From a virus, in the IMG/VR virus record IMGVR_UViG_3300042332_001411, positions 6,786-70,785 of that record: a stretch of 64,000 nt of DNA. One strand, 5' to 3'. Of the stretch, positions 1 through 11,057 are shown in pieces; the first letter of the stretch is position 1, and every line of letters begins with the position of its first letter. The notes below the pieces were generated by a model that saw only the letters and a program-made list of their open reading frames with translations, was not told the DNA's origin and did not search any database. A program made the translations under genes and the position numbers.

Positions 1-2
1 TT

Positions 3-2642
3 GCAGATATCCTTGTTAATAGACCAAAATTAGGATCAGACGTATCTACCATATTAGGATTAATTACAGACAAACAAGGGGTTGCAAACGAACAACTAAA
101 GACTGAGGTTCTTGTTGCTATTAGTGCAGCAAAAACAGATCAAGACGCACAAAGAATTATTGACCTTGTCGGCGCAATTGGACAGTTTGGAGGCATCCTT
201 GATGCAGATGTTGCAATAGATTTTTATATGAAAAACAAAGGCCTTGCAGAACAATTTTTAACGACATGGGAAGAATTACAAAGTGCAAAAAATATTACAC
301 TAGACGTTGTATACGATATTGATTATCGCCTTAAAGGGCAAATTGATGAAGAATATTTTAAGACACTTAAAGGGGATGATGATAAAAAGATATACACAAA
401 AACAATTTCTTTAATTTATAATGCAGATGTAGAAACAGTTATTAATGGCGATGACTACAAGGCTTGGCTTCCTCAGAACAAAACAGAAACAGACGCTAAT
501 GGAAAAACATATCAATTTGGTGGGGCTGAATTTGCAGGGAAAAATCTAACCAGTGCACAGATGATTAAGGAATATGCAAATGACGTAGCAAAATCAGCGG
601 TTGAAACAGGAGTAGTTCCTCCACAAACTGCACCTGCCACTACTGTTAACACAGGCACAAGACAAAGTACCCCATACGATTCTATATTGACTGATTTAAA
701 ACGTACAAGAAATTCAAAAATTAATGCTGAGGGTGGCGCTCCAGAACTTATGCGTATTCTTGGTAAAAACAAAGATATTAAAATATTTAATGGCCTTGAT
801 CAACAATTAGCCAAGGCTGGAGCAAATACAGACTTTATTGATTGGGTCGGCGGACTAGAAAAAGCAATACAAAATAAATTAATTAAAGTAGCAAAAGATG
901 GAACAGTTGCAGTTACTGCATTAGGCAAGGCTGCTCAAAAGGCCTTTGATGAGAAACAGTTGGGATCATTTGCTGCCCAACAAGTTAATGCAATAGAAGG
1001 AGCAAAAGCACAAAGAACTGCTTTTGTAAAATTAACTGCAGCAGGAATGGATCAAGCCCAGGCTTTAGAGTTAGTCGCTGATGCAAACTTTGCTGTGGCT
1101 ATTTCTCGTGTAAAAGATATAAAAGAATTAAAAGAATTAATAAAATTATATCAAGATGCAGAAATAGCGGTAAAAGGAACGGCAAGGGCAAACGATCCAA
1201 TTAGAGCATTCCGTGACGACATGGATAAAATTAATGAAATGCTTGACGTTCAAGAAAGACAAGCAAAGGCTAAATATCAACCAGAAATTGATAGAGTAAA
1301 TGGTTTAATTGAAGCAAACGAAAAAGCAATAGAGGCCAAACAACGCTACTCTGAGATGACTTATGACAGACCAATTCAAAAACTTCAAAACGAAATTACA
1401 GAATTAAATTATGATTTATCGCTAATAGAAAAAACAGCCTCAACAATAACTGAAAAATATGATAAACAAAGAGAGGCCTTGGAGCAAGTTTATTCAATTA
1501 ATTCAAGAATTGCAGATCAACAAAAGGCTAAAATTTCTCTTGCTGATGCATTAACAAGTGGAGATATTTCACAAGCAGCCCAGATAGTGCAAGACATTAG
1601 AAGTCAAGAACAAACTTATGCAAAAGAGGAAAGTTTAAATGCTCTAGAAATTGCCCAAACTAATGAAATAAATGCTTTAAGGTCAACAGGCGGATTATCT
1701 AAACTTCAAATTGAAGAAAAGATTTATACTTTGGGACAAGACATATATTCTTTAGAACAAAAGCAGAAAGTTGTTACAGCAGAAATTGTAGTGCTTCAAG
1801 ATAAAAACTATGACCTAAAAGTTGGGGAGTTAGCAAAAGCACAAGGACTACTTGATAATGAAATAAAACTTATTGAAAAATCAAGATTAAAATATGCAGA
1901 GGCAGAACTTGCTATTAAAAGTGCAGAAGTTAACACTGACGATTATACCGAGGCATTAAAAAGATCAGAAGAAGTTTTAAAAAGAATGGCAATTCTATGG
2001 GCATCTCTGGGAAGTAAAACATCAGCAGACCTAGGAGCCATTACAGGAGCAGTTGAAGACCCAAAGGATAAAGGTGTAGACAAAAAAGCAGAAGACAAAA
2101 AAGCAGAAGACAAACCCCCAGCCAAAACAAACCTTATAAGCGTTACAGCCAAAAGCGGACAAACATTATCCAGTATTGCTAAGGCGAACAATACAACCGT
2201 AAAAGAATTACTTGCCATAAACCCAGTACTAACCAGCAATCCTAAATATAATAATGGAAATACAATCTTTAACGGAACAACAGTTAAGGTCCCAGGGAAA
2301 ATGTATGGAGGCGTTGTTTCTGGAAGTGGAATGTTAGATAAAGTTCCTACCATGCTCACTCCAGGAGAATTTGTCATGAATAGGGCTGCTTCACAAAAAT
2401 TTGGCCCACTGTTAGAAAGGATGAATGAATCTAAATATCCAGGAAGTATGTCCCTTGGTGGAAACCCTGTGGTAAATATGGTTAGCAATAATTCAGCAAA
2501 TAACAGGAGCAGTTCAGTGTATAATTATAGTTTAAATGTAGGAGTAAATGGAACTTCTGCAAGTCCAGACGATATTGCAAGAACAGTAATTACGCAAATT
2601 AGACACATGGATGCTAGAAGATTGAGGGGGAATACATACTAA
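3..2642 (+). CDS. Tape measure protein, C-terminal part (5' truncated), with a LysM domain near the C-terminus
   Basis: Frame is open from base 3. Long Ala/Lys/Glu coiled-coil; LysM (AKSGQTLSSIAKANNTTVKELLAINP); TMP-type tail GGVVSGSG..DKVPTMLTPGEFVM; followed by tail genes. Confidence 0.85.
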   Translation, partial: ADILVNRPKLGSDVSTILGLITDKQGVANEQLKTEVLVAISAAKTDQDAQRIIDLVGAIGQFGGILDADVAIDFYMKNKGLAEQFLTTWEELQSAKNITLDVVYDIDYRLKGQIDEEYFKTLKGDDDKKIYTKTISLIYNADVETVINGDDYKAWLPQNKTETDANGKTYQFGGAEFAGKNLTSAQMIKEYANDVAKSAVETGVVPPQTAPATTVNTGTRQSTPYDSILTDLKRTRNSKINAEGGAPELMRILGKNKDIKIFNGLDQQLAKAGANTDFIDWVGGLEKAIQNKLIKVAKDGTVAVTALGKAAQKAFDEKQLGSFAAQQVNAIEGAKAQRTAFVKLTAAGMDQAQALELVADANFAVAISRVKDIKELKELIKLYQDAEIAVKGTARANDPIRAFRDDMDKINEMLDVQERQAKAKYQPEIDRVNGLIEANEKAIEAKQRYSEMTYDRPIQKLQNEITELNYDLSLIEKTASTITEKYDKQREALEQVYSINSRIADQQKAKISLADALTSGDISQAAQIVQDIRSQEQTYAKEESLNALEIAQTNEINALRSTGGLSKLQIEEKIYTLGQDIYSLEQKQKVVTAEIVVLQDKNYDLKVGELAKAQGLLDNEIKLIEKSRLKYAEAELAIKSAEVNTDDYTEALKRSEEVLKRMAILWASLGSKTSADLGAITGAVEDPKDKGVDKKAEDKKAEDKPPAKTNLISVTAKSGQTLSSIAKANNTTVKELLAINPVLTSNPKYNNGNTIFNGTTVKVPGKMYGGVVSGSGMLDKVPTMLTPGEFVMNRAASQKFGPLLERMNESKYPGSMSLGGNPVVNMVSNNSANNRSSSVYNYSLNVGVNGTSASPDDIARTVITQIRHMDARRLRGNTY

Positions 2643-3244
2643 TGGCCAATGCAGCATATTTAACAGGTAGACGTAAATATGGCCTTCCACAAGCCATGCT
2701 TTGGTCTGATAATCCAGGAACCCTATCTAATGGATTTTATTATCCCGATGGATATGAAATTGGATCAAATTTAACAGGGGTCCCAACAGAAGACCAAAAT
2801 ACATTTTTAATTTTGTCAGATCATAATAGAGCAGAACTAGCCTTTAGTCAAGAAAGAATACAAAAAAAAGAAAGAATGATTAATGGAAATATGAGAGCCT
2901 ATAATATAGCAGATAAAATTAGTTTGTCAACATCTTGGCAAATGCTGCCATCAAAAGCATATGCAGATAACCCATCATTTGATTCATCAGGAATAACATC
3001 TTTTAAGAACACTACCTCCGAATACACCGTCGATGGTGGTGCAGGGGGACTAGAGTTATTGGGATGGTATGAAAATCACAAAGGCCCATTCTGGGTTTAT
3101 TTAGCATATGATAGATACGATGATAGGACTAAATATAATCAAATTGTTCAAATGTATTTTAGGGATTTTTCTTACTCTGTAGTAAAAAGAGGAACAGTTA
3201 TTCATGATCTATGGAACATTAACTTAACGCTAGAAGAGGTTTAA
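2642..3244 (+). CDS. Minor tail protein (distal-tail-like)
   Basis: Directly after TMP with overlapping stop/start; ends WNINLTLEEV, typical of Dit-like proteins. Confidence 0.65.
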   Translation: MANAAYLTGRRKYGLPQAMLWSDNPGTLSNGFYYPDGYEIGSNLTGVPTEDQNTFLILSDHNRAELAFSQERIQKKERMINGNMRAYNIADKISLSTSWQMLPSKAYADNPSFDSSGITSFKNTTSEYTVDGGAGGLELLGWYENHKGPFWVYLAYDRYDDRTKYNQIVQMYFRDFSYSVVKRGTVIHDLWNINLTLEEV

Positions 3245-3245
3245 A

Positions 3246-6200
3246 GTGTTTAGCAATAGCGACCTTGTAGAATATTTAAAAACATCTAGTGACATTTCTT
3301 TAAAGTCAATTGTTATTGCTGAATGGAACATGAATGTCCCTGGAAATGTTAAAAAAATAGGAAACTACAGGTACAGACCACTAGATGTTTCTAGTATTTA
3401 TAAAAACATTCCAAATACTTTTGATTTAGAAGATGGCGGAGACTATTATACAGATGCAGAATTGTCTTATGAGCAAATACAAAATACGTACAACACTGAC
3501 GACACTCCTCAATTATTTAAATCTTTAGACCAAAAAAGATCTTTATATTACTCTTTAGAGGATTGTATTAAACCTTTTAGGCCAAGATCTGGCATTAATA
3601 AAATGTCTTTTTTTGCTAAAAAATATATACCAACAAATGTCATGTTTGGAGACAATGCTCCGAGGTATTATATGTCATCAAGAAACGATATTTTTAAATA
3701 CTGGACATCTTATAGAAAAGAAAATGAAATTGAAAGAGGAATTGCAAATAAAAAAGTTAATGGAATTAACTATATAGAAGACTCTTGTCCATTTGTAGTC
3801 TATAAAGAAAAAGTTCCCTGTAATAGAATTGTAGTAAAAATGCAAACCAATGTAGGGCAAAATGATCCAGGAAATTTTCAAGATATTGTTGGAACAGGAC
3901 CAAGCCCTTTTTATGGTAATGAAAATAAAACTGTTCCAAGTAAATTTAAAATACAAATTTTAAAAAATAATAATTGGATAGACATTTTAAACATTAATCA
4001 AAATGATAGAAGAGCGGATGGTTCTGATATTATTGGTGCAGATGGATATCTAGAATTGTCATATTTAAACAATGAGTGGTTTTTAAAATCTGAAACAGTT
4101 AACAGTGAAACTGCATTTGTTACAAAAATTTCTAATCCATTAAAGACCACTAATAGTGACGGTACATTTTTTTATAATGAATTTGACTACATTGACGGAA
4201 TAAGAATAGTAGTTTTATCAATGAACAAATTTGATTCAACTTTTGACTTAATTGAAATATCTCCAAGACTTGCTGTGAATATTTCAAATAATATTTTAGA
4301 TTTTTCAATAACAAAAACAATGTCAGATATGTCTCAGGGGGCTATCCCAGTAGGGCAACTACTTGCATCAAACGGAACTGTTTCTATTTTTGACGATGAA
4401 TTAGCCTTTAATGAAAACAATGAAAATAGTATTATAAAAAATTATTTAAATAAAAACATTAAATTTGTTTTTTATGAAAATATCTATAACGATGATTTAA
4501 CCGTTAACTATTTTGTACCAATAAAAACATTATACTCGGATAACTTTCCACAAGCAAGCGATGACGGATCTTTAGTCTCAATTGAATTACGTGATTTTTA
4601 TTTTTACTTTGAATCTCAAACGGCACCAAGAATGCTTTTGACAAATGTTTCTTTAAGTTTTGCAATATCAACATTATTAGACTCAGTAGGATTTTCAAAT
4701 TATACATTTAAAAGAATAGGATTAGAAAAAGATCCAACTATTCCTTTTTTCTTTATTGCTCCAAATCAAACTATTGCTCAAGTCTTAAATGAATTGGCAG
4801 TTTCAACTCAGACTGCAATGTTTTTTGATGAATACAATAACTTTGTTGTTATGAGTAAAAACTATATAATGCCAAATGCTGGAGAGCGAGATTCATCTTT
4901 TACGTTAATCGGCACAGATAATCAATTAAATTTTGGTCCAATTAAAAACAAACAGTCCTCATTAGAATTGCCCAATATTATTTCTATATCATCAAACGAT
5001 AAAAAAATATACAATGATGGGAAAATAAATTATACTCAAAGATACATACAAAGATCTTATGGCTCTGTTAAGCAAAGCACTTTAATTGATAAAGAAAAAA
5101 CATGGATATATAAGCCCTCGTTGCTTTGGGAGGCATCTGGAGAAGATAGACCAAAAACAATAAATTCACAAGTAGAAAAACAGTCTAGCCTTGTACTTGG
5201 GGCTATGCCAATTAACTCTAATTTACCAGCATCTTTACCATCAGTTTTCAATGGGGTTATTATAAACAATGTTGTAGATCTTGGAGAAAATGTTTATTGG
5301 ATAACAAAACATAAAGGATATTTTTATTCTAATGGAGAAATCATTAAATATGACGCTGTTCAATTTAACATAACTGGAACTGGAAATGTTTGGATATCAA
5401 ATAATCAAGAGTATCAAGAGTACATGGGATCTCTTCCGTTTAATGGAAAAATATATCCTACTGGGTTGATTAGAATTTTAGCAAATCCATACTACGAAAC
5501 AGTAGATGGAGAAATAAGAATAAAGAATGGTCCAGTTTTTGAACATGGCAGAGGACAATTTGGAACGGTAATTAGTGAGCATACAGCGGGGGTAGCAAGC
5601 CACTGGACTGAAGAAACGTATCTTCGTGGATGTAGCATGAAATCGGAATATCTGTTTACCACCAATTCAACAATTGAATATCCTTTAAGCCTTACAGAAG
5701 GTGCCGCTGGTGTTAATAATGCCCTCGCTAAAAAATCTTCAAGAAATGGCGTAATAAGAAATTTTATGGCAAGTAATTATTTAACAGAGACAGAATTAAA
5801 TAATTTACAAGCAACTCAAAGTGGAACTCTTCAGTCATCAGCCTTAGTCATGGCTGGTCCGTCATTTACCTCTACAGATATCCCTATAGACTTTGTATCT
5901 TATGTATACAAGCCCTTAAATAATTCCTATAAACATTTTGGAACTAGAATAAGAATTATTGGAAATCAGGGAAGCAATGAAGATAGACTTCAGACCCCGA
6001 TTGGCAGTTCGGCATATTATCAAGTGCCAACAACACAGCCAAATCAAAACTCAAGTATTGGCGGAGGCTCTGGTGGCCTTGGCGTTATGATTAACCCAGA
6101 AACAAATAATGGATATTATTTTGAAATAGTTGCTTTAACAGAAAAAAATATTGAATCATACTTAAAAATTAAGTCAGACGGGTCATCTGAAAATAATATC

Positions 6201-7376
6201 TCAAACGTTGTTTTTTATAAAATTAAAAAAGATAGTTCTGGAAATGCTATACCAATAAAACTTTGGTCAGGGCTAACTAATGTTTTGGTAGATGATGGCA
6301 AATTTACTGGCCAGTATAGGAAATCTGGAGAAGAAAATCCAACCGTATATGATTTAGCAGTTGAGTATTCAAATGTCGGAACAACAAGAAAATTTTATTT
6401 ATATATTAATAATAAGTTAATTGGTATAGTTGACGACACAGATCCACTGCCTATATATAATAACATTTCTCTTTTTGTAAGAGGATCTTCAAAATGCATG
6501 TTTGAAAATATTTATGCTTTAGGGGAAAATTATTCTCAAAACACAGTATTTAATGTTACGGACTCTATATCTTCAGTATTTGGGGCAAATCAAGTTAACG
6601 CCAATTCAGCATTAAGAAAATATGCAATGAGTGGAATTGTTCAATCTACATACTTAAGTGGAATATCTAGTTTAGAGCCACCAAGATATAACATGTATTA
6701 TGATGAGTTTGGTTCTATTTTTAGAGAGGTTGCATCTTTTAATATAAAGTATGACAAAGCATACCCAGCATTATATGCAAAAATGTCTCCCACTACAAGC
6801 ACAATAAAAGGATATGTTGTTTCTGGTTTTCAAGCAGACTCCTATGGAGCAGAATTTTTAGTATTTAATGCAACAGACTCTGCGCTTTTTCTAGATGGAA
6901 CTGGAGGAAATTCTTTAAAAATTCAAGGAATAGCATTTACACAAGACACAACATATACGTTATCTGTAGATGATTATTTTAACAAAAAATCAAATTTTTC
7001 TGAGTTAAATAATTTAGACAACACCACAGTTAGGTCTGAGTTAGTAAGTATTCAAGATTATAACCAGATTAAACAAAGCAGAATAAATCATGGCATTAGT
7101 AGTTTTACTTTAGAAAGTCCATATATCCAAACATCTTCAGATGCTGAGAATATTTTAGGATGGATTATTGAAAAATCTATGAAATCTAAAAAACTTGTTG
7201 GCGCAGAAATATTTTCATTGCCAATTCTTCAATTAGGAGATATAGTTCAAATTGATTACAATAAAGATGGGGTAGATTTAATTTCAAACCCCGATAAGCA
7301 GTTTGTTATTTACAATATAGATTATAAAAGAAATGGAAGCGGTCCAAATATGACATTATATATGGCGGAGGTGTAA
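3246..7376 (+). CDS. Large minor tail/baseplate hub protein
   Basis: 1376 aa, beta-rich, in the tail module; C-terminal LQLGDIVQI motif typical of tail hub proteins. Confidence 0.65.
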   Translation: MFSNSDLVEYLKTSSDISLKSIVIAEWNMNVPGNVKKIGNYRYRPLDVSSIYKNIPNTFDLEDGGDYYTDAELSYEQIQNTYNTDDTPQLFKSLDQKRSLYYSLEDCIKPFRPRSGINKMSFFAKKYIPTNVMFGDNAPRYYMSSRNDIFKYWTSYRKENEIERGIANKKVNGINYIEDSCPFVVYKEKVPCNRIVVKMQTNVGQNDPGNFQDIVGTGPSPFYGNENKTVPSKFKIQILKNNNWIDILNINQNDRRADGSDIIGADGYLELSYLNNEWFLKSETVNSETAFVTKISNPLKTTNSDGTFFYNEFDYIDGIRIVVLSMNKFDSTFDLIEISPRLAVNISNNILDFSITKTMSDMSQGAIPVGQLLASNGTVSIFDDELAFNENNENSIIKNYLNKNIKFVFYENIYNDDLTVNYFVPIKTLYSDNFPQASDDGSLVSIELRDFYFYFESQTAPRMLLTNVSLSFAISTLLDSVGFSNYTFKRIGLEKDPTIPFFFIAPNQTIAQVLNELAVSTQTAMFFDEYNNFVVMSKNYIMPNAGERDSSFTLIGTDNQLNFGPIKNKQSSLELPNIISISSNDKKIYNDGKINYTQRYIQRSYGSVKQSTLIDKEKTWIYKPSLLWEASGEDRPKTINSQVEKQSSLVLGAMPINSNLPASLPSVFNGVIINNVVDLGENVYWITKHKGYFYSNGEIIKYDAVQFNITGTGNVWISNNQEYQEYMGSLPFNGKIYPTGLIRILANPYYETVDGEIRIKNGPVFEHGRGQFGTVISEHTAGVASHWTEETYLRGCSMKSEYLFTTNSTIEYPLSLTEGAAGVNNALAKKSSRNGVIRNFMASNYLTETELNNLQATQSGTLQSSALVMAGPSFTSTDIPIDFVSYVYKPLNNSYKHFGTRIRIIGNQGSNEDRLQTPIGSSAYYQVPTTQPNQNSSIGGGSGGLGVMINPETNNGYYFEIVALTEKNIESYLKIKSDGSSENNISNVVFYKIKKDSSGNAIPIKLWSGLTNVLVDDGKFTGQYRKSGEENPTVYDLAVEYSNVGTTRKFYLYINNKLIGIVDDTDPLPIYNNISLFVRGSSKCMFENIYALGENYSQNTVFNVTDSISSVFGANQVNANSALRKYAMSGIVQSTYLSGISSLEPPRYNMYYDEFGSIFREVASFNIKYDKAYPALYAKMSPTTSTIKGYVVSGFQADSYGAEFLVFNATDSALFLDGTGGNSLKIQGIAFTQDTTYTLSVDDYFNKKSNFSELNNLDNTTVRSELVSIQDYNQIKQSRINHGISSFTLESPYIQTSSDAENILGWIIEKSMKSKKLVGAEIFSLPILQLGDIVQIDYNKDGVDLISNPDKQFVIYNIDYKRNGSGPNMTLYMAEV

Positions 7377-7378
7377 TC

Positions 7379-8212
7379 TTGCCTACAGACTCTCAAAACT
7401 GGGAAAGACATGCTGCTGCAAAAACTTATGCTCCCGCTACTCCCCCACCCAAAGTAGAAAAATATACAGTTCAAAAAGGAGACACTCTTTCAAAAATTGC
7501 TGTAGATGCTGGTATATCTTTACAAGAATTAAAAGATTTAAATCCTAAATTTACTTCAGATCCAAAATATAAAAATGGAAATATGATTTGGTCTGGAACA
7601 AAAGTAAATTTGCCTGGACAGGCCTCTGCGCCAGTTGAAGAGCCAATCCCTCCAGTTAAAGGTCCAGAAGTGATACAGGGCCCATTTTCAGGAAATCCTG
7701 GAATTATTTTTACACCGATAGTTACAGCAGTTCCAATAAATTTACCACCTCCCCCTCCACCACCACCCACTACCTACAAGGTAAAAATTGCTAACCCAGA
7801 AGTAATTTTATTTGATGACGAGACTTTGCCAGCCACAACTTTAATTGACATCTTATTTGAAGACATTGGAGGACAGGAACTTTTGTCTATGTCTAGACAT
7901 GACATAATTTCAGGAGACTATGTTCCTAATCAGTTGATTAAAAATTTAACATCTTTAAATCAAGAATTTTCTTCAAAGCGCCTACTAAGCCTACAAAATA
8001 CTTCAGATAAATATTTTTCTAATTTTGGTATTAAATTAGAAAACAAAATACCATATGTTGGTGGCGGAGCAAATGGAGAAAATGTATATTTAAATGATAG
8101 CCAAGATATTGTTATTGATTTAATAAATTTGGATATAGACGAGCAAGTAGAAGTTCAATTAAGCATAAGTGGTACAATATATACTATAGTGCTTGAAGCG
8201 GGAGAGTCATGA
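7379..8212 (+). CDS. LysM-domain virion protein with a polyproline linker
   Basis: YTVQKGDTLSKIA...LKDLNP LysM domain; run of nine prolines. Confidence 0.75.
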   Translation: MPTDSQNWERHAAAKTYAPATPPPKVEKYTVQKGDTLSKIAVDAGISLQELKDLNPKFTSDPKYKNGNMIWSGTKVNLPGQASAPVEEPIPPVKGPEVIQGPFSGNPGIIFTPIVTAVPINLPPPPPPPPTTYKVKIANPEVILFDDETLPATTLIDILFEDIGGQELLSMSRHDIISGDYVPNQLIKNLTSLNQEFSSKRLLSLQNTSDKYFSNFGIKLENKIPYVGGGANGENVYLNDSQDIVIDLINLDIDEQVEVQLSISGTIYTIVLEAGES

Positions 8213-9333
8213 TAACCAATACTGGCAAATACATTATTGCAAAATATTTACTGGGACAAACTCCAGCCTATGCCTCATATATGGCTCTCGGCTGCGGGGC
8301 AAAGCCTTTAGATACGTTTGATAGCCCACCAGACTACTCTGCAAAAGAAAATCTAGATTTTGAAATGTTTCGTGTACCAATAAGTTCAAGAGGGTATGTT
8401 GTAGAAGACGGACAGTCCAAGTTGGTATTAACAGCAGAATTGCCAACAGAAGAAAGGTATGAGATTTCTGAAATTGGTATTTATTCTGCTGGGTCAAACC
8501 CTTATGCTGCTTCCTATGACAGTCGAACTTTGCTAACTTTTACACAAACAGAAAACTGGCAGCATGTTTCTCCAAGCGCAACCGTAGATATTGAAAGAAT
8601 TATTCAGCCATTAGACGGAACATTGTCAGACAACGTAATTGAGACAGCCTCAAAAATTTTTGAAACTAACGCAGACAATAAAATATTTTATAATGCAAAT
8701 AGAGCAGCAAGGTATGAACGTTGCAGGTATTATAATAATATTATTGCAATGCGTGGAGATTCTTCTATAATGACAAGTTCAGGTGGGCATCTAGTTGTAG
8801 GAAATGACCCTGAACACATCAGAACAAGTGGAATATCTTTAGATCTTTCCAAGAATGCTCCATCGGATGAATTAAGCCTAGCATTTTCTGTAATAAATAA
8901 AGACGGAGATTCTGTAGCAGTTCCAGACACAGTTAAAATTATTGTTGAGTTTATTAGTAGTAGTGATGAAACTAAATTTTCTAGATTTGAGGCAACTGTT
9001 GCCAATGGCAGTGGTTCTGGACAACAAGATTTTGCAAACAATAGATATTGCATTGTAAAAAAACAAAAACAAGAACTTTACACTACATCAAATTTTACTT
9101 GGGCAACTGCCGACACAATTAATATCTATGTATCAGTTGTTGATGGTGGCACCGCATCTGATGACTTTTATGTTGTTTTGGATGCCTTAAGACTTGAGAA
9201 CCTAAATACACCAAATCCGCTTTATGGCCTGGTAGGGTATTCCGTTGTTCAGAATGACAATGCCACAACAATTATTAAATCTTCAAACACAAGTAACTAT
9301 GTAGAGTTTAAATTTTCCATTGGGGTTGGGTAA
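8209..9333 (+). CDS. Tail/baseplate structural protein
   Basis: MITNTGK start and EISEIGIY motif, resembling tail collar/baseplate proteins; tail module context. Confidence 0.55.
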   Translation: MITNTGKYIIAKYLLGQTPAYASYMALGCGAKPLDTFDSPPDYSAKENLDFEMFRVPISSRGYVVEDGQSKLVLTAELPTEERYEISEIGIYSAGSNPYAASYDSRTLLTFTQTENWQHVSPSATVDIERIIQPLDGTLSDNVIETASKIFETNADNKIFYNANRAARYERCRYYNNIIAMRGDSSIMTSSGGHLVVGNDPEHIRTSGISLDLSKNAPSDELSLAFSVINKDGDSVAVPDTVKIIVEFISSSDETKFSRFEATVANGSGSGQQDFANNRYCIVKKQKQELYTTSNFTWATADTINIYVSVVDGGTASDDFYVVLDALRLENLNTPNPLYGLVGYSVVQNDNATTIIKSSNTSNYVEFKFSIGVG

Positions 9334-9887
9334 TGGTAGACCCAGGAATTAAACAAAGTATTATAAGATCATCAGACCTTCCTCCAACGTTGGGCGATAA
9401 CACAAACTTAACTTACACGCTAAGATATCGTATATTATCAGAAGACAAAAACAGATTTTCACATTGGTCTCCAATAAAACAAATGACAATACAAAATACA
9501 TTTACTGAAACTGGTTTTAATCCAAGTAGTCCAGAAACTACAAATATTCCGCATAACGTTAGCGTTGATACTAATTCACACATAGTTAATGCTTCGTGGA
9601 CAATGCCAGCCTTATTAATTGCCAACCCAACAGATGCAGAAAAAATATTACAAACAGAACAAGCCTCAATTAAAGAATTTGACATTTATGTTCAATGGAC
9701 AACAAATAGCATTTTAAGTAATTGGATTTGGGTTGGAAAATCTACAGGGACAAGTTATTCTATTTCTTATCCATATGGTGTTTCTGCTCCAAGTCACGTT
9801 AAAATTAGAGTACAAAAAGTGACAATATTAAAAGGACCATTTAATGCAGCCACGTATTTAATTAGTGATTTAAAAAGTTTAACCTGA
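9333..9887 (+). CDS. Putative minor tail protein (FN3-like beta fold)
   Basis: Translationally coupled; RYRI..SHWSP and W-Y patterns. Confidence 0.45.
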   Translation: MVDPGIKQSIIRSSDLPPTLGDNTNLTYTLRYRILSEDKNRFSHWSPIKQMTIQNTFTETGFNPSSPETTNIPHNVSVDTNSHIVNASWTMPALLIANPTDAEKILQTEQASIKEFDIYVQWTTNSILSNWIWVGKSTGTSYSISYPYGVSAPSHVKIRVQKVTILKGPFNAATYLISDLKSLT

Positions 9888-9909
9888 TATACTAGTAAAA
9901 GGAGAAAAA

Positions 9910-10353
9910 ATGTCAAAAATACCATTGCCAGAAAGAGGACAGCCTCTAGATGTAACTTACATTTATCAATTGGCTGAAGCCGTAAATGATCTTGCGTCAG
10001 AAGTTTCTTCAACAACCTCTAATTACGCAACAGTAGACACAGTTGGATCAGACAAATCAAACGTAAAAACTTCAGAATTGAGAGTAGTTGCTGGCCGAGT
10101 TGAAATTTTTAACAATACAACTGTGACACCAACAACAGAAAAAGACTTTTTTTATAACTTTAGCACTAACTTTAAGTATGCTCCAATTGTTACTGCAACC
10201 CCAGTCAACGTAGGAAATACTCCAGCAGGAAAAAATGTGTCTATAATTTTAAAAAATATTACAACTTCTCGTGTAGAGGGGAGCGTAAAATTTGGAGCAT
10301 CTGGAGATTTATCGGTATGGGTAAATCTTATTATTGTAGGCATTCCAAATTAA
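9910..10353 (+). CDS. Putative structural protein
   Basis: Strong SD (AAGGAG); last gene of the tail block. Confidence 0.45.
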   Translation: MSKIPLPERGQPLDVTYIYQLAEAVNDLASEVSSTTSNYATVDTVGSDKSNVKTSELRVVAGRVEIFNNTTVTPTTEKDFFYNFSTNFKYAPIVTATPVNVGNTPAGKNVSIILKNITTSRVEGSVKFGASGDLSVWVNLIIVGIPN

Positions 10354-10544
10354 TGATTAAATGCCCAAAATGTAAAAATAGAATGTTCGTTGATCGACTA
10401 TATAGTCAAGAACAACATTTAGAAACATTTTGCTTAAAATGCGGGACTAGAAAATTTTATAATCCACCGTCAACATCAAGTGAGGGGCTATGGCTACTGC
10501 AAAAGGAAAAATTGAGGGCCAAGAATATAATCAATCATCTGTAA
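10353..10544 (+). CDS. Small zinc-ribbon protein
   Basis: MIKCPKC...FCLKCG; ATG at 10353 overlaps the upstream TAA. Confidence 0.6.
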   Translation: MIKCPKCKNRMFVDRLYSQEQHLETFCLKCGTRKFYNPPSTSSEGLWLLQKEKLRAKNIINHL

Positions 10545-11035
10545 TAAAAGGTAGTGGCTCTGTTTGGTTTTTAAATAAAGACTTAGTTAGAATTCATCAC
10601 TATAATAGATCAGATGGAACTGTTGCTATTTATAATATTGTTAAAAATAAAATTGAACTTTGTTTTATTTTGGATTTTAAAAAAAATAGAGAAAAGGCAT
10701 ACACTATAGCAGAGACCGCTAAACTTGTCAATAGGCATAGAAAATATATGCCAAGTTTAATAAAACGAGGAGTCATTCCTCCACCACTTGGTTGTTCTGA
10801 AAATGGAAAACGTGGATATCAAATAAGAGCATATTATTCTGAATCGCAAGTAAAAGAGATACGTGATATACTTGCAAGTATACATATTGGCCAACCTCGA
10901 AAGGATGGATTAATTACAAACAATATGACTCCCACAAAACAAGAGTTGACAAGAAAAATGGGCGATGGTATACTTACATATACGAAAACTGAAGATGGAA
11001 GATTTATTCCTATTTGGAATGAATCAATAAGATAG
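10490..11035 (+). CDS. MerR-like HTH DNA-binding protein
   Basis: YTIAETAKLVNR...IKRGVIPPP...RAYYSESQV is a MerR/excisionase-type HTH. Confidence 0.6.
   Translation: MATAKGKIEGQEYNQSSVIKGSGSVWFLNKDLVRIHHYNRSDGTVAIYNIVKNKIELCFILDFKKNREKAYTIAETAKLVNRHRKYMPSLIKRGVIPPPLGCSENGKRGYQIRAYYSESQVKEIRDILASIHIGQPRKDGLITNNMTPTKQELTRKMGDGILTYTKTEDGRFIPIWNESIR
10946..10974 (+). promoter_or_regulatory. Sigma70-type promoter upstream of the replication operon
   Basis: TTGACA-N17-TATACT with extended TG. Confidence 0.6.
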
Positions 11036-11057
11036 TTAAATTGAAAGGGGTAACAAA

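Noticed and set aside
2079-2112. Short DKKAE duplication in the tape measure gene
   Set aside because: An ordinary low-complexity linker.
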